From the NCBI GenBank assembly GCA_965644265.1, contig OZ286463.1:78368297-78432000 (forward strand): 63,704 nucleotides of DNA. The letters run 5' to 3'. This document shows positions 41,522 through 52,928 of the stretch, piece after piece. How positions within the stretch are numbered: the stretch's first letter is position 1; every line of letters starts with the position of its first letter. The stretch comes from Glycera tridactyla (taxonomy: Eukaryota). Made by a program: the position numbers and the translations under genes. Under the pieces are notes generated by a model, which worked only from the letters and a program-made list of their open reading frames with translations, had not been told where the DNA came from and did not search any database.

Positions 41522-42681
41522 TTTTTGTGATCTCCGTTGGAGATCATTATGCCGCCACCTCTCTGCTCGAAATGCTTTCTAACTTCGCCGATTCTGACTC
41601 GCGAAGCCAATATAATCAAACGAATCTCAATCAGATCTGTGTGAAGAGATCGAATGATACAATCTTACACAATTTTAAGATGATTTATTAATCTGATGAA
41701 CGACAATTTGAGGAAATGTAGCGATGACGTAATACGAAATTCTCTCAACACTCGTTTTTGTTGCCGATTACCGAAGCACACAGATACGACAGCTCAGAGA
41801 TGTATAGCTGCGCACAAATAGTAAATGCCTGCGAGTTGTACAAAAATAGTTCTCTGCCTGCGAGGCAGTGTATTAGTAGGATATGGTGAATGTATGTCTA
41901 TCTGTCTGTCTGTCGGTCTTAGAAAAAGATTACGCCATCATTTCATTGCATTTTATGGGCACATTCGCCGCCATTATCGGCAACTATTTGTATGCGAAAC
42001 AATGGCGTGATCAAAGTAGTGCTTCTTCTTCGCACCTCATTACTAGGTTTCATGGATCACTGCGCCGATTCATGAATGGAATAGTATATAACGTGTGTAA
42101 AACCAGCCATTCAGGGATCAGCACTCGGGCAGAAACGCCATTCAGTTTCCCGTTGAAGAACACAGAGGCAGCATCTCGGTTTTGTATAGCTGCGTGCAAG
42201 CCTATTAATATAGAGGCTAAAAAGGTCACANNNNNNNNNNNNNNNNNNNNNNNNNNNNNNNNNNNNNNNNNNNNNNNNNNNNNNNNNNNNNNNNNNNNNN
42301 NNNNNNNNNNNNNNNNNNNNNNNNNNNNNNNNNNNNNNNNNNNNNNNNNNNNNNNNNNNNNNNNNNNNNNNNNNNNNNNNNNNNNNNNNNNNNNNNNNNN
42401 NNNNNNNNNNNNNNNNNNNNCATTATCATCGTCAGTGAGGTGTTGGTGTTGGTAGTGGTTGTGGTAGGTAAGAAGGGGGTGGTGGTGATGGTGGTGATAG
42501 TGGTGGTGGTGGTGGTGATGATGCACCGGTGGAGGTGATGATGCACCGTGGTGGTGGTGGTGATGATGCACGGTGGTGGTGATGGTGCACGGTGGTGGTG
42601 CACAGTGGTGGTGCACAGTGGTGGTTGCTTTTGCCATTGCTGGTGTCGCAATCATCGTAGTCGACTTCGTCATCGTCGTCG

Positions 42682-42764
<83 letters not shown>

Positions 42765-42794
42765 GATCTCTCGGCGCACCTGGGCGCTCTTGTT
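41522..42794 (-). mobile_element. Short non-autonomous element (Helentron/HINE-like), copy with expanded internal microsatellites
   Basis: 41522-41825 is a diverged reverse complement of about 51800-52108, and 42755-42794 of 51730-51770. A terminal hairpin TGATCTCC-GTT-GGAGATCA lies at 41528-41546. The superfamily assignment is an inference. Confidence 0.6.
42421..42760. repeat. (GGT)n-derived tract plus (CT)n
   Basis: GGT repeats with TGCAC interruptions (about 42430-42625), and (CT)n at about 42686-42760. Confidence 0.95.
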
Positions 42795-43798
42795 CTCCTC
42801 GTCTGGGTTTTTTATGGGCATCTGACCTTTTCCATGTTCCTCTATGATCTTTTTACTAACTTCAGCAGTTTCCTTCCCCTCTTCTTTCAGTGCTCTCGTT
42901 ACTTCTTACTCGACTTCATAACTAACCTCAACTACTGAGTCTCATGCTAAATCTTCTCGCCTGCCAAGTCTGTATTATTTCGTATTGTGCACTCCTGCCG
43001 GAAAAAATAATACCTGTACTTCCGGTAGGAATATAATTCTTAATGAAAAAAATAAAGAAAAGGCTCCTACTTCTAGAAATTTTTGCCAGCTCATGATCGT
43101 TCTCTGCCCGCCATCAGGTTTGACACTGCTAATGATATGAATGCTCCCTATCTTTATCTGTTCATTTTAAACTGATGTTTCACTGCGCATGATGGGTATA
43201 TGTGGAAGCATTTCGATCTTGTTTTATCGTATTTCAAAGTGTTTTATTGTATGATTGAGTGATTCATGAGTGAAATTCACATGTTTAATGATTGGGTTTT
43301 GTTTCTAACCAATTTGGATGGCTGGTCAATATATGGAACTATCTGGAGCATCCTCTATCTTAGGAAATTGCTAGTTGCAAACTATGCAAGGACTTGGTTT
43401 GATGCAGGCCTATTCACTATTCAGTGTCATGGCTTACCTTCGAAAAGATTCGCGCATCACCCACTGCATGAAATTTGAGGTTACTTGCAAAGTAAACTAA
43501 AAGTAAACCACAAGTATACATGATGTTTAATTAGATTTAATGAAGTTTAATTTCACATTATACATGATGTTTACTTTGAGGTATACTTGGGGTATACTTT
43601 ACAAGTGAAGGACCAAATTTACTTGGGTATAAGTTTACACTTTTACTTCAGTATACCTGATGTATAATTAGTTCAAGGTGTCATTTTACATGTTGTATAC
43701 TTTCACATCTGGATTTTGTTCACCAGTTATATATCATGCTTTCTGCTATATTTCACAGTTGATATTGTGTCTGATGCAGATGAATCAATTTTAATGTA

Positions 43799-44207
43799 TT
43801 GACATAATGTATACTATATCCAGTTTACCCTGTTGACATGGCATCTACTTGCCAGTTTACCCAATTATATGCAGTTGACATCATGTGTACTGCATGCAGT
43901 TTACCCTGTTGACATGACATTTACTGACCAGTTTACTCAATTCTATCCATTTGACATGATGTATACTGCATGCAGTTTACTCTGTTGACATGATATCTAC
44001 TGACCAGTTTACCCAATTCTACACCATTGGCATGATGTATACTGCATGCAGTTTACTCTGTTGACATGACATTTACTGACCAGTTTACCCAGCTCCACAC
44101 CATTGACATAATGTATACTACATGCAGTCTACTCTGTTGACATGACATTTACTTGCCAGTTTTCTTAATTCTACCCCATTGACATGATGTATACTGCATG
44201 TTTACTC
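43799..44207. repeat. 76-bp minisatellite, about 5.4 units (34+42-bp dimer), left subterminal array
   Basis: Units start at 43799, 43875, 43951, 44027, 44103 and 44179. Both subunits begin TTGACAT and contain CAGTTTAC. Confidence 0.93.
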
Positions 44208-44222
44208 GAATAGTCGATACCC

Positions 44223-44225
<3 letters not shown>

Positions 44226-44284
<59 letters not shown>
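44226..44284. repeat. (CA)n microsatellite
   Basis: Perfect run. Confidence 0.98.
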
Positions 44285-44286
<2 letters not shown>

Positions 44287-44677
44287 TTTCCCAGATGGAG
44301 ATTTGCACATGCACATATATACTTGTACCAGTATATCTATCATGTTTGAGTCACTGGGCATCAGAAGACATGGCTTCAAAGATGATACATCAACAATGAG
44401 AAGTTTCTTTCATGGACTTTATTCAACATTTAATGAGTCACTTGGCCTCATTTGGGACATCTTGCTATGCTGCTCTTTTGGAGACTTGTTCTTCATCTAC
44501 CTGCCTCAACTCCTGGTAATGACTATGAGGTGCCATGGTTTTCCTTACACTGCTGTTGCTAGCATCATCACTGCTGTCGCTAGCGTCATCACTTCTCTAT
44601 AGAATCTAATTCCTGAAGAGCACTTTTGTGTCACTGGTCCATTTTTTGTAGTATCAGGTCTGAAACAGAAGAAAATA

Positions 44678-44852
44678 CACTGAAACCTGCTTGAGTGTAA
44701 ACCTGTGCTAGGCAAAATCCTATCTTAAGCACATGCCCCACAGTCTGCCCGGATTTTTTTCTCACTATAATTGTCCTGCGATAAGCAAAATCCTGTCTTA
44801 AGTGGAATTAAAATTTGGTCTTGTGACTTTTCACTTAAGACAGGTTGTACTG
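44678..44852. mobile_element. MITE with TA target duplication (Tc1/mariner-pogo type), 175 bp
   Basis: TA|CACTGAAACCTGCTTGAGTG ... CACTTAAGACAGGTTGTACTG|TA: imperfect TIR of about 20 bp, with TA on both sides. Confidence 0.8.
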
Positions 44853-45496
44853 TATTACAACTTTGTGGAATGAGCTCTTTGCAGTTTGTCAGAATTCAGT
44901 AAGTGAGGCAATTAAGCTACAAGTCAGACAGAGAAGCTGGCAAAGATGCACATGGAAATACACATACACAAACAGTCGTGAATAAATTAATTCAGGACTT
45001 TTTGCCAGGAGGACTGTAGCAATTTCATTTCTCATAGTTTTGTTGGTCTTCATAACTCAAGATCATCCTTTTAAGATTCAGCAATTTACATTCTTCTGTG
45101 TTGCTGTCAACAGCCAATCCTGAAAAATGTGGACTGAACCTATGCAAATGAAACTCTCAAATTACAATTACCAAAAATATTTCATGATCCATGAACGTAC
45201 CCCAAACTATGAATGTGAGTGATTTGCCAACCACTGTCATTCAGACAGACACATGGATTTTTATCATATTGACAGAACCTGACCTGCTGATGAAACCAGG
45301 GGGGAAGTGATTCAGTGTAAATTATGGCTGTTCCTCTCCTCCACAAGTCACACTCATTTTTGTTGAATGAGCTGCATTCCAATAGACCCATATGTTGTAA
45401 AAACCGATACCCCATGTGGAGGAACAACCATAGACACCAGAGGTGTGTGGGATGGGGGTGAGAGGGGGACCTGGGTTTGTTACTGTACCAAGTGAA

Positions 45497-45509
45497 TGTG
45501 TGTGTGTGT

Positions 45510-45553
<44 letters not shown>
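45497..45553. repeat. (TG)n microsatellite
   Basis: Near-perfect run. Confidence 0.98.
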
Positions 45554-45557
<4 letters not shown>

Positions 45558-45608
45558 ACATGCATGCTTGGGACCTAATTCTCACATATTTGTCAGTTTT
45601 AGATGATT

Positions 45609-45786
45609 CAGTGAAACCTGTCTTGGAAGACCCCTCTTTTGGGAGACCACCCTCTAATGGGAGACCACTCTTTATCGGCTCTTCTCTATTTGACATCGTC
45701 AATTATACCTCCAATGAGAGACCACCTGTCTTGAGAGACCACTCTTTGTTGGCATTTGGGATGGTCTCCCAAGACAGGTTTTACTG
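45609..45786. mobile_element. MITE, CAGTGAAACCTGTC type, 178 bp
   Basis: CAGTGAAACCTGTCTTGGAAGACC ... GGTCTCCCAAGACAGGTTTTACTG|TA, with internal GAGACCAC repeats. The left flank is TT rather than TA. Confidence 0.85.
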
Positions 45787-45871
45787 TAGTACATGAATGC
45801 ACAAATTTCTGCATATTTGAGTATAATTCTGTACATCTGGGCAAACATCAATTGTGCCAACCAAATCAGTA

Positions 45872-46036
45872 CAGTGAAACCTGACAGGAAACAAGAAACC
45901 TCCTGTGATGGGGTACCACTTTCTCAGGCCAGCTTTTCAATTTAATGTTTTCAAATATTCTCCTGGTGAGAAACCATCTCTTCTAAGAGGCTACTATTTG
46001 GTACATTTGAGGTTGCCTCTCATCACAGCTTTACTC
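45872..46036. mobile_element. Degraded MITE of the same TA|CAGTGAAACC class
   Basis: TA|CAGTGAAACCTG ... ACAGCTTTACTC|TA. Length and internal layout resemble 45609-45786. Confidence 0.6.
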
Positions 46037-47156
46037 TATGAAGGATAAAACAGACATAATTCTCTGAAATACTCTGAATTGTCTCAAAAATACTGCTCAT
46101 CACTGATAAACTAACAAATGGAGGAAATTATGATCTCCAACTCAAGTTTTTTACCTACCCTGCATCCAGGTCATTTTGAGTTGGTCCTGATACCCATCCA
46201 CATCATGTGTGTATATGGGGTGGGGTTAAGTGGGGTGTATGAATATGAAGTAGGTAGATTGAGACCAGCTGAGATGGATGGGTTGGTGCATGGGGGGTTG
46301 CATACCAGTGGAAATCTGAAAAATTGACTACCTCTGGTTAATTGGGTGTCCTTGACCAGAGCAAAGTGCCGCCCTTGGTGCCCCAACATCCCCCCCCCCA
46401 GCATACTCGCACATACACAAGGTCTTCAATACATAAAGTTTGGAGAGATGAGTCTTTTATTCCTAAGCATACCTCTCTTGCCTGGTATATTCCATATTAC
46501 TGTTGAACCTGCCCTAAGAATGCACAGCACTAAGCAAGAACCATTCTCAAGCAAACATGCTGAATCCATCCCGCCAGGGTATTTTCACTTCAATTTACCT
46601 CTACTAAGCATTCACCTGTCCTGAATATGCACTTGTGTGCCTTCCCTTGACCACATGCTTAGAACAGGTTTGACTGTGTGTTGAGGAGCACGCTATCTTA
46701 GTGAAAATCCGCTGTTTCCCACATATAAGTATACTGGTAGCTATTGGCCCGTCCTGGCTGCCTCGGATAAATCTGCAAATCCAGCCCAACATGACTCACA
46801 ATGATTTATAAGTCATAATTATTACAATAGGCCATGAGGGTAATTTTGAAGGACATTACAGTGAATCTTGTAGAAATACAGTGAAACAGTTCAACAGAAT
46901 TATGTCAGACTCAAAGTCAAACCTGTCTAAAAGTTGCTAGTGACAGTGGTCCGGATTTTCCGAAAAAATTCGGAAATCCGAAAATTGGGTGAAAAATATT
47001 AGTTTTCAAATTTGCTAAAATCTGGTTTTGAGTTTCAGAACGAATACTTTCGATGATATGTGAGGGTAGTCTTATAAAATGTTTCCATATTTCCGAAAAT
47101 TTAGCTTCATCTCATCGGCATCACTGTATGATACACCATATATCTTCAGTAAACAA

Positions 47157-47695
47157 TTGACATTATGTAAAAGTGTATTTAATTGGTGATGTTTACACAA
47201 TTATACATCATGTAATCTGCTTCACTTAAACTCAAATAAGATTGATGTATAATTCACCCTATAGCAAAAGTAAATCATTGACATGATATAAAAGTGTATT
47301 CAATTGGTGATGTTTACACAATTATACATCATGTAAACTGCTCCTCTCGAACCCAAATAAGATTGATGTATGATTTGCCTTATACCTAAAGTAAATCATT
47401 GACATGATGTAAAAGTGTATTTAATTGGTGATGTTTACACAATAATACATCATGTAAACTGCTCCACTCAAACTCAAATAAGATTGATGTATAGTTTGCC
47501 TTATACCCAACGTAAATCATTGACATGATGTGAAAAGAGATATAATTGATGATGTTTACACAATTATACATCATGTAAACTGCCTCACTTAAACTCGGTT
47601 TAGTTTGATGTAAAAGGCTGACTTAAACACCAAGTAAATTTTTGACATGATGTCAAATGTGATTTAAGTGATCAAGTTTACAAAGTAAACATCAT
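47157..47695. repeat. 121-bp minisatellite, about 4.5 units, right subterminal array
   Basis: TTGACAT unit starts at 47157, 47278, 47399, 47520 and 47642. The array runs into the right TIR. Confidence 0.93.
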
Positions 47696-48290
47696 ATTTC
47701 ATGCAGTGACCGTGAAGCATAGGTATATCGACTGTCTCTTAGATTGTTTGAGAAGATCCAGGGACATGGTTTTGTGGGCAAACAATTCGTATCATGAATG
47801 AAATTAAAAAAATCTCTCCTATTCAGAGAGTGCCTTCGATTTTGTTGAGTGCCTTTCTCTGAGAGGTCCTCCACAGGAAGTACGGTACGGATGCAAATAT
47901 CGATCATGTTTATTTTCTCTGCTTCTTCATCATTCTGACATGACGTCGCATTCAGCACATTAATTATGGTGTCATCTGAAAACATCATATTATCCGCGCC
48001 CTGTTTATTGCTCTGAAATTAGATCACATAAAACATGAGCATGAGTTGTATTGGCATCCCCATTCGCCGCTTCGATTGTTCATTCTCTTCCCATCCGGCG
48101 TGGGAGTTGCTCGTGATTGCTCGACTTGATATTATTGGGCCATCAGAAGATCACGAAAATCACTGTGTGGAAGATGTTCATATGCTAGTACGTTAGCTTT
48201 GCGATTTGGGAAATACATTCCAAATAAAACTTTGAGTAGAGACATGTTGAGGACCCTGAGTCTTGAGAGTAACTCCTCGAAGTACCGACC

Positions 48291-50819
48291 AATTAAAATC
48301 AACAGACATTCATGATGAAGGTTCAACAGCTTCATTCAAACTGAGTATAAAACTGTGAAACACCAATAAGGCAATGTGGCTTGCCTGGCCTTGACTTCAA
48401 TATGTGGTGAAATCCCAGTCGAAGGTAGAACTGGGCGCTCCACTCAATCGGAGTAACACAGTGCGTCCTGTCTGAGTGAGACCATCTAGGTACTCCCTAT
48501 ATATAGGCCCTGTGAAGACTATCCCTCTCCCATTCTCATGTTTTGCCTTTTGTTACTGTTTCTTTCATAAATGTTTATAGCTACATCCCATCACTAAACT
48601 CTGCTGGGACACTACGTTAGGAAAGAAACACCTTGATGGATACCTCTTCCATCATAATATGTATTCATAACCTCTATGAGAATGATAGCCACATCATATA
48701 ATGATCAGCACTCTCAACAAGCAGTATATGCGGGATTCCATTTCCCAAAAATCTGACATCCCTGCAGACAACGAGTCCCAGTGGGCCTTTCCTGATCACA
48801 GATAACCGATTTCAAACATTTGGGACCTGGTTGAATCGATGAGGGAAGAGGATATATTATCAAATCATCTGACGACCTCCCTTGTCATCGACCGCTGAGA
48901 TGAGTGAACATATAAGCTCGAGATGATACCAGAGTCACATGTGAATTGCTGCCATTCACAAGTCGCTAGCAGGCTGAACAATCGCCAATATACGCTGATA
49001 TATTCTAATTCTTGCAGTAGATTCATGCCAATAGTCACCAGTCGGTCTGCTCAGCCAGGACAGGCTTCACATCAGAATGCACAAGCTATTCGCGACGATG
49101 CTAGCCTTAGGAGATGATGACTGTCTGAGAAATCGTCGTAATCATAAGTCGGAGTTGTTGGGGGTGACAAATGTCGAGGTTCAATATTCTTGACAGTCTT
49201 CTCTAGAGTTTGATACTCATCACTCCTTATTGTTGTCCTTTTAAACAAATGTCACCCGGTCGCTATTCAATTCCCGGTCCACAATTATTCGCGTGCTACC
49301 AGACAATTGACTGTGAGCTGCAACCTAGTCATTACTTGCTATGCTATTTCTGCTGTCACTGCAATCAGATTGCACAAAAGTGCTGATTAGCCATATCGCA
49401 AAAGGCGCAGTATAAATAATGAACCTAATGAAATGGTACCATTATACATCGCAGCTGAAATGTATTTTGTACTCGCATCACAATTTGTTATAGTGGGAAC
49501 AGTGGTTATCAGTAAACAATGATAATGATGACAGAAATTAAAGATAAAAATAAAATTAAAATCAACAGACATTCATGATGAAGGTTCAACAGCTTCATTC
49601 AAACTGAGTATAAAACTGTGAAACACCAATAAGGCAATGTGGCTTGCCTGGCCTTGACTTCAATATGTGGTGAAATCCCAGTCGAAGGTAGAACTGGGCG
49701 CTCCACTCAATCGGAGTAACACAGTGCGTCCTGTCTGAGTGAGACCATCTAGGTACTCCCTATCTATAGGCCCTGTGAAGACTATCCCTCTCCCATTCTC
49801 ATGTTTTGCCTTTTGTTACTGTTTCTTTCATAAATGTTTATAGCTACATCCCATCACTAAACTCTGCTGGGACACTACGTTAGGAAAGAAACACCTTGAT
49901 GGATACCTCTTCCATCATAATATGTATTCATAACCTCTATGAGAATGATAGCCACATCATATAATGATCAGCACTCTCAACAAGCAGTATATGCGGGATT
50001 CCATTTCCCAAAAATCTGACATCCCTGCAGACAACGAGTCCCAGTGGGCCTTTCCTGATCACAGATAACCGATTTCAAACATTTGGGACCTGGTTGAATC
50101 GATGAGGGAAGAGGATATATTATCAAATCATCTGACGACCTCCCTTGTCATCGACCGCTGAGATGAGTGAACATATAAGCTCGAGATGATACCAGAGTCA
50201 CATGTGAATTGCTGCCATTCACAAGTCGCTAGCAGGCTGAACAATCGCCAATATACGCTGATATATTCTAATTCTTGCAGTAGATTCATGCCAATAGTCA
50301 CCAGTCGGTCTGCTCAGCCAGGACAGGCTTCACATCAGAATGCACAAGCTATTCGCGACGATGCTAGCCTTAGGAGATGATGACTGTCTGAGAAATCGTC
50401 GTAATCATAAGTCGGAGTTGTTGGGGGTGACAAATGTCGAGGTTCAATATTCTTGACAGTCTTCTCTAGAGTTTGATACTCATCACTCCTTATTGTTGTC
50501 CTTTTAAACGAATGTCACCCGGTCGCTATTCAATTCCCGGTCCACAATTATTCGCGTGCTACCAGACAATTGACTGTGAGCTGCAACCTAGTCATTACTT
50601 GCTATGCTATTTCTGCTGTCACTGCAATCAGATTGCACAAAAGTGCTGATTAGCCATATCGCAAAAGGCGCAGTATAAATAATGAACCTAATGAAATGGT
50701 ACCATTATACATCGCAGCTGAAATGTATTTTGTACTCGCATCACAATTTGTTATAGTGGGAACAGTGGTTATCAGTAAACAATGATAATGATGACAGAAA
50801 TTAAAGATAAAAATAAAAT
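48291..50819. repeat. Head-to-tail tandem duplication, 2 x 1263 bp
   Basis: Copies start at 48291 and 49554. Identical 64-aa ORFs lie at 48923 and 50186 (offset 1263). Only two substitutions were noticed by eye. Confidence 0.97.
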
Positions 50820-50982
50820 AATGATTGGGATAATGATAATGCTAATAATGCTTATGATGCTTATAATACCAGTGAATAATGACGGCGATGATAATGATGA
50901 CAGATTTAATGAAAATGGTAATGCTTTGATCATAATAATGATAACAATAATGATAATGATAATAATAGTAATGATAATAATT
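50820..50982. repeat. (ATA/ATG)n low-complexity tract
   Basis: Seen directly; it abuts the end of the 1263-bp duplication. Confidence 0.9.
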
Positions 50983-50989
50983 ATAGAAC

Positions 50990-51514
50990 GTGGCTATCTT
51001 GCCAATTCTGCCTCTTCCGAGGACAGACTTGTGAAATCTTGGCCAAGATGTTGAAACCTGATTTCCGTTTTGCTAAGGTCAGATTCGGCTGCTTCAAATT
51101 CTCATCAGTGTGATCCAAATGCTAACGATATTACCAAACGAAGGTTTATATGCTCCAGGCGACCCAACCTCAGATCAGAGATATAACCAACGTGCGTATG
51201 CCATATATATTTGCACCAATAACCCTGTTTTCTCAATCATAGGCCCCCTCAATCATTCATACCATTTTGGTTACATCGTATTCGACACACTGTATATACG
51301 TTTCTTCGTCATCCTGGGGACAAACACTGTGATTGTGTTTATGTAATTTTGACGAAAATAAAGAATGTTAAATCAAATCACAACTAGTGGTGCTGTTCTT
51401 CTTTTGATTTTTAGTAAAAGCTCCGATACTGTATCAGTTTTGAATTGTGTATGCTTATAAGAGCGAAATTCGGAAAGAATTCGGCGTTAGGCAGATCGAC
51501 AAGCAAGATAGCCA
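50990..51514. repeat. Dispersed repeat copy 1, possible short-TIR element interrupted by a LINE tail
   Basis: 50990-51227 matches 62743-62980 at roughly 90% by eye. TGGCTATCTTGC (50991-51002) is inverted as GCAAGATAGCCA (51503-51514). Confidence 0.7.
51230..51382 (+). mobile_element. Probable LINE 3' UTR/tail fragment
   Basis: AATAAA (51357-51362) is followed by AAATCAAATCA, the same tail type as the 53-kb LINE. It begins where similarity to the 62743 repeat copy stops. No coding part is seen. Confidence 0.45.
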
Positions 51515-51729
51515 AGTGGTACGATTAAAAGATAATAATGATTTGAAAAATGATAAGGCCTATCGCAATAGGTGCATCGTGAATGATGTACCTAATTAAA
51601 TGGTAGCTCTCAGCCTAAATGTCTAATTTCAAAAATAAAACTAATGTTTCGCAAATAATGGCCCTTGATTGTGACTGTATTTACATATGGTGAATAGTGA
51701 TCAGGGGATGACAAAACAGTGTGAGATGC

Positions 51730-52110
51730 AACAAGAGCGCCCACGCGCGCCTAGAGATCTCCGAGATAGATAGAAAATATCAATACTCTGCTTCACACTC
51801 ACTATTTGTGCGCAGCTATATATGTGTGAGCTGTCGTGTGTGAGCCGTCGTATGCTTCGGTGATCAACAACAAAATCGAGTGTATGGTGAAATGCCCATC
51901 ACGTAATCGCTACATTTTCTCAAATCGTCGTTCATCGAATCAAATAATCTTAAAATTGTGTCAGATTAGATTATTTACACCTCTCACACAGCCCCGATCA
52001 TGATTCATTTAATGAAATTGGCCTCGAGAGTCAGGATCGGCGAAGTTAGAAGGCATTTCGAGCAGAGAGGTGGTAGCATAGTGATCTCCAGCCGCTGGCA
52101 GAGATCACAA
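51730..52110 (+). mobile_element. Short non-autonomous element (Helentron/HINE-like), compact copy
   Basis: Starts AACAAGAGCGCCC, has a GAGATAGATAG microsatellite seed, and ends in a GTGATCTC...GAGATCAC hairpin (52081-52108). Homologous to 41522-42794. Confidence 0.6.
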
Positions 52111-52928
52111 GAAGGGGATATATGCTGCGGATGCACGTGTGATTGAGGCATTTTCAATGATTGATGGTAACCAGTAAAGAAAAACATCATCCGTGGCGAA
52201 TGTATTATCGAGGCAGTTATATATATATATCGTTTATCCTACTTCTTGAACAGGGTTCCTGATTTGTGGCAATACTCAGGTGACGTAACACCCCTGCACC
52301 TACCAGTTTCTACTCGGTTCATCGCACTGGAACTCTAAACTGAAGGTGAAAGAAAGTGAAGTACCACGCTGCTGTAGATATGCATGGCATGGATGACAAA
52401 TGCAGTCTTTTGCATGTTAGTTGTATATGTGTTGCGCGCCAGACTCCTAAAGTGTCTGATGAAAACATTGCTTACAAATCGAGTTGCACCTCTATTAACC
52501 CGTCCTTTTCTTGAATCCCCGAAGCCAAACACAAGGTGAAGCGCAATGAGTATACGTAGAAATATATTCTTTATATAGGGATCATGACTTTCATGTAATT
52601 CACTTGAATGACTTTCATCTCAGCATGTCAAAAGCAAATAATCTTGCAGCAAATAATCAAATCAGACTGTGTGCATTTCTGTAACTTTATCGATCCGACT
52701 GGCTAATTATACCTGTCAACAGGTGAATTATGCAATCATGTAGCAAGAACCCTCTCTCTAATTAGACGTATAAGTGGTATACATCGAGTATTGGCCATGG
52801 AAGGTGAGGGGCCTATACTTACGATTATTCCTGATTTTGCAATTTTCATCGAAGTAGAAATGAACTAGAAATGAACACGATAAGTTAAGATAGTATTCAA
52901 TGCATCTACACAGTTTACACAGTTCGCC

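Larger units (their letters stand above)
43462..47708. mobile_element. Non-autonomous CACTA/EnSpm (CMC)-like DNA transposon, 4247 bp
   Basis: The left end CACTGCATGAAAT (43462-43474) is the exact reverse complement of the right end ATTTCATGCAGTG (47696-47708), with imperfect pairing to about 35 bp. ACC flanks both ends (43459-43461, 47709-47711). Subterminal tandem arrays occur on both sides. No recognisable transposase. Confidence 0.82.

Noticed and set aside
1431-45796. ORFs spanning N-runs or microsatellites (poly-X, HT, VC, LS, I, N, S)
   Set aside because: Artefacts of masked or low-complexity sequence lacking stop codons.
46944-47126. CAGTG...CACTG segment as a hAT-type MITE
   Set aside because: The terminal match is very short and the 8-bp flanks (GCTAGTGA vs TATGATAC) do not form a TSD.
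48923-50380. Two identical 64-aa ORFs as duplicated genes
   Set aside because: Their identity is explained by the 1263-bp duplication, and there is no coding signature.
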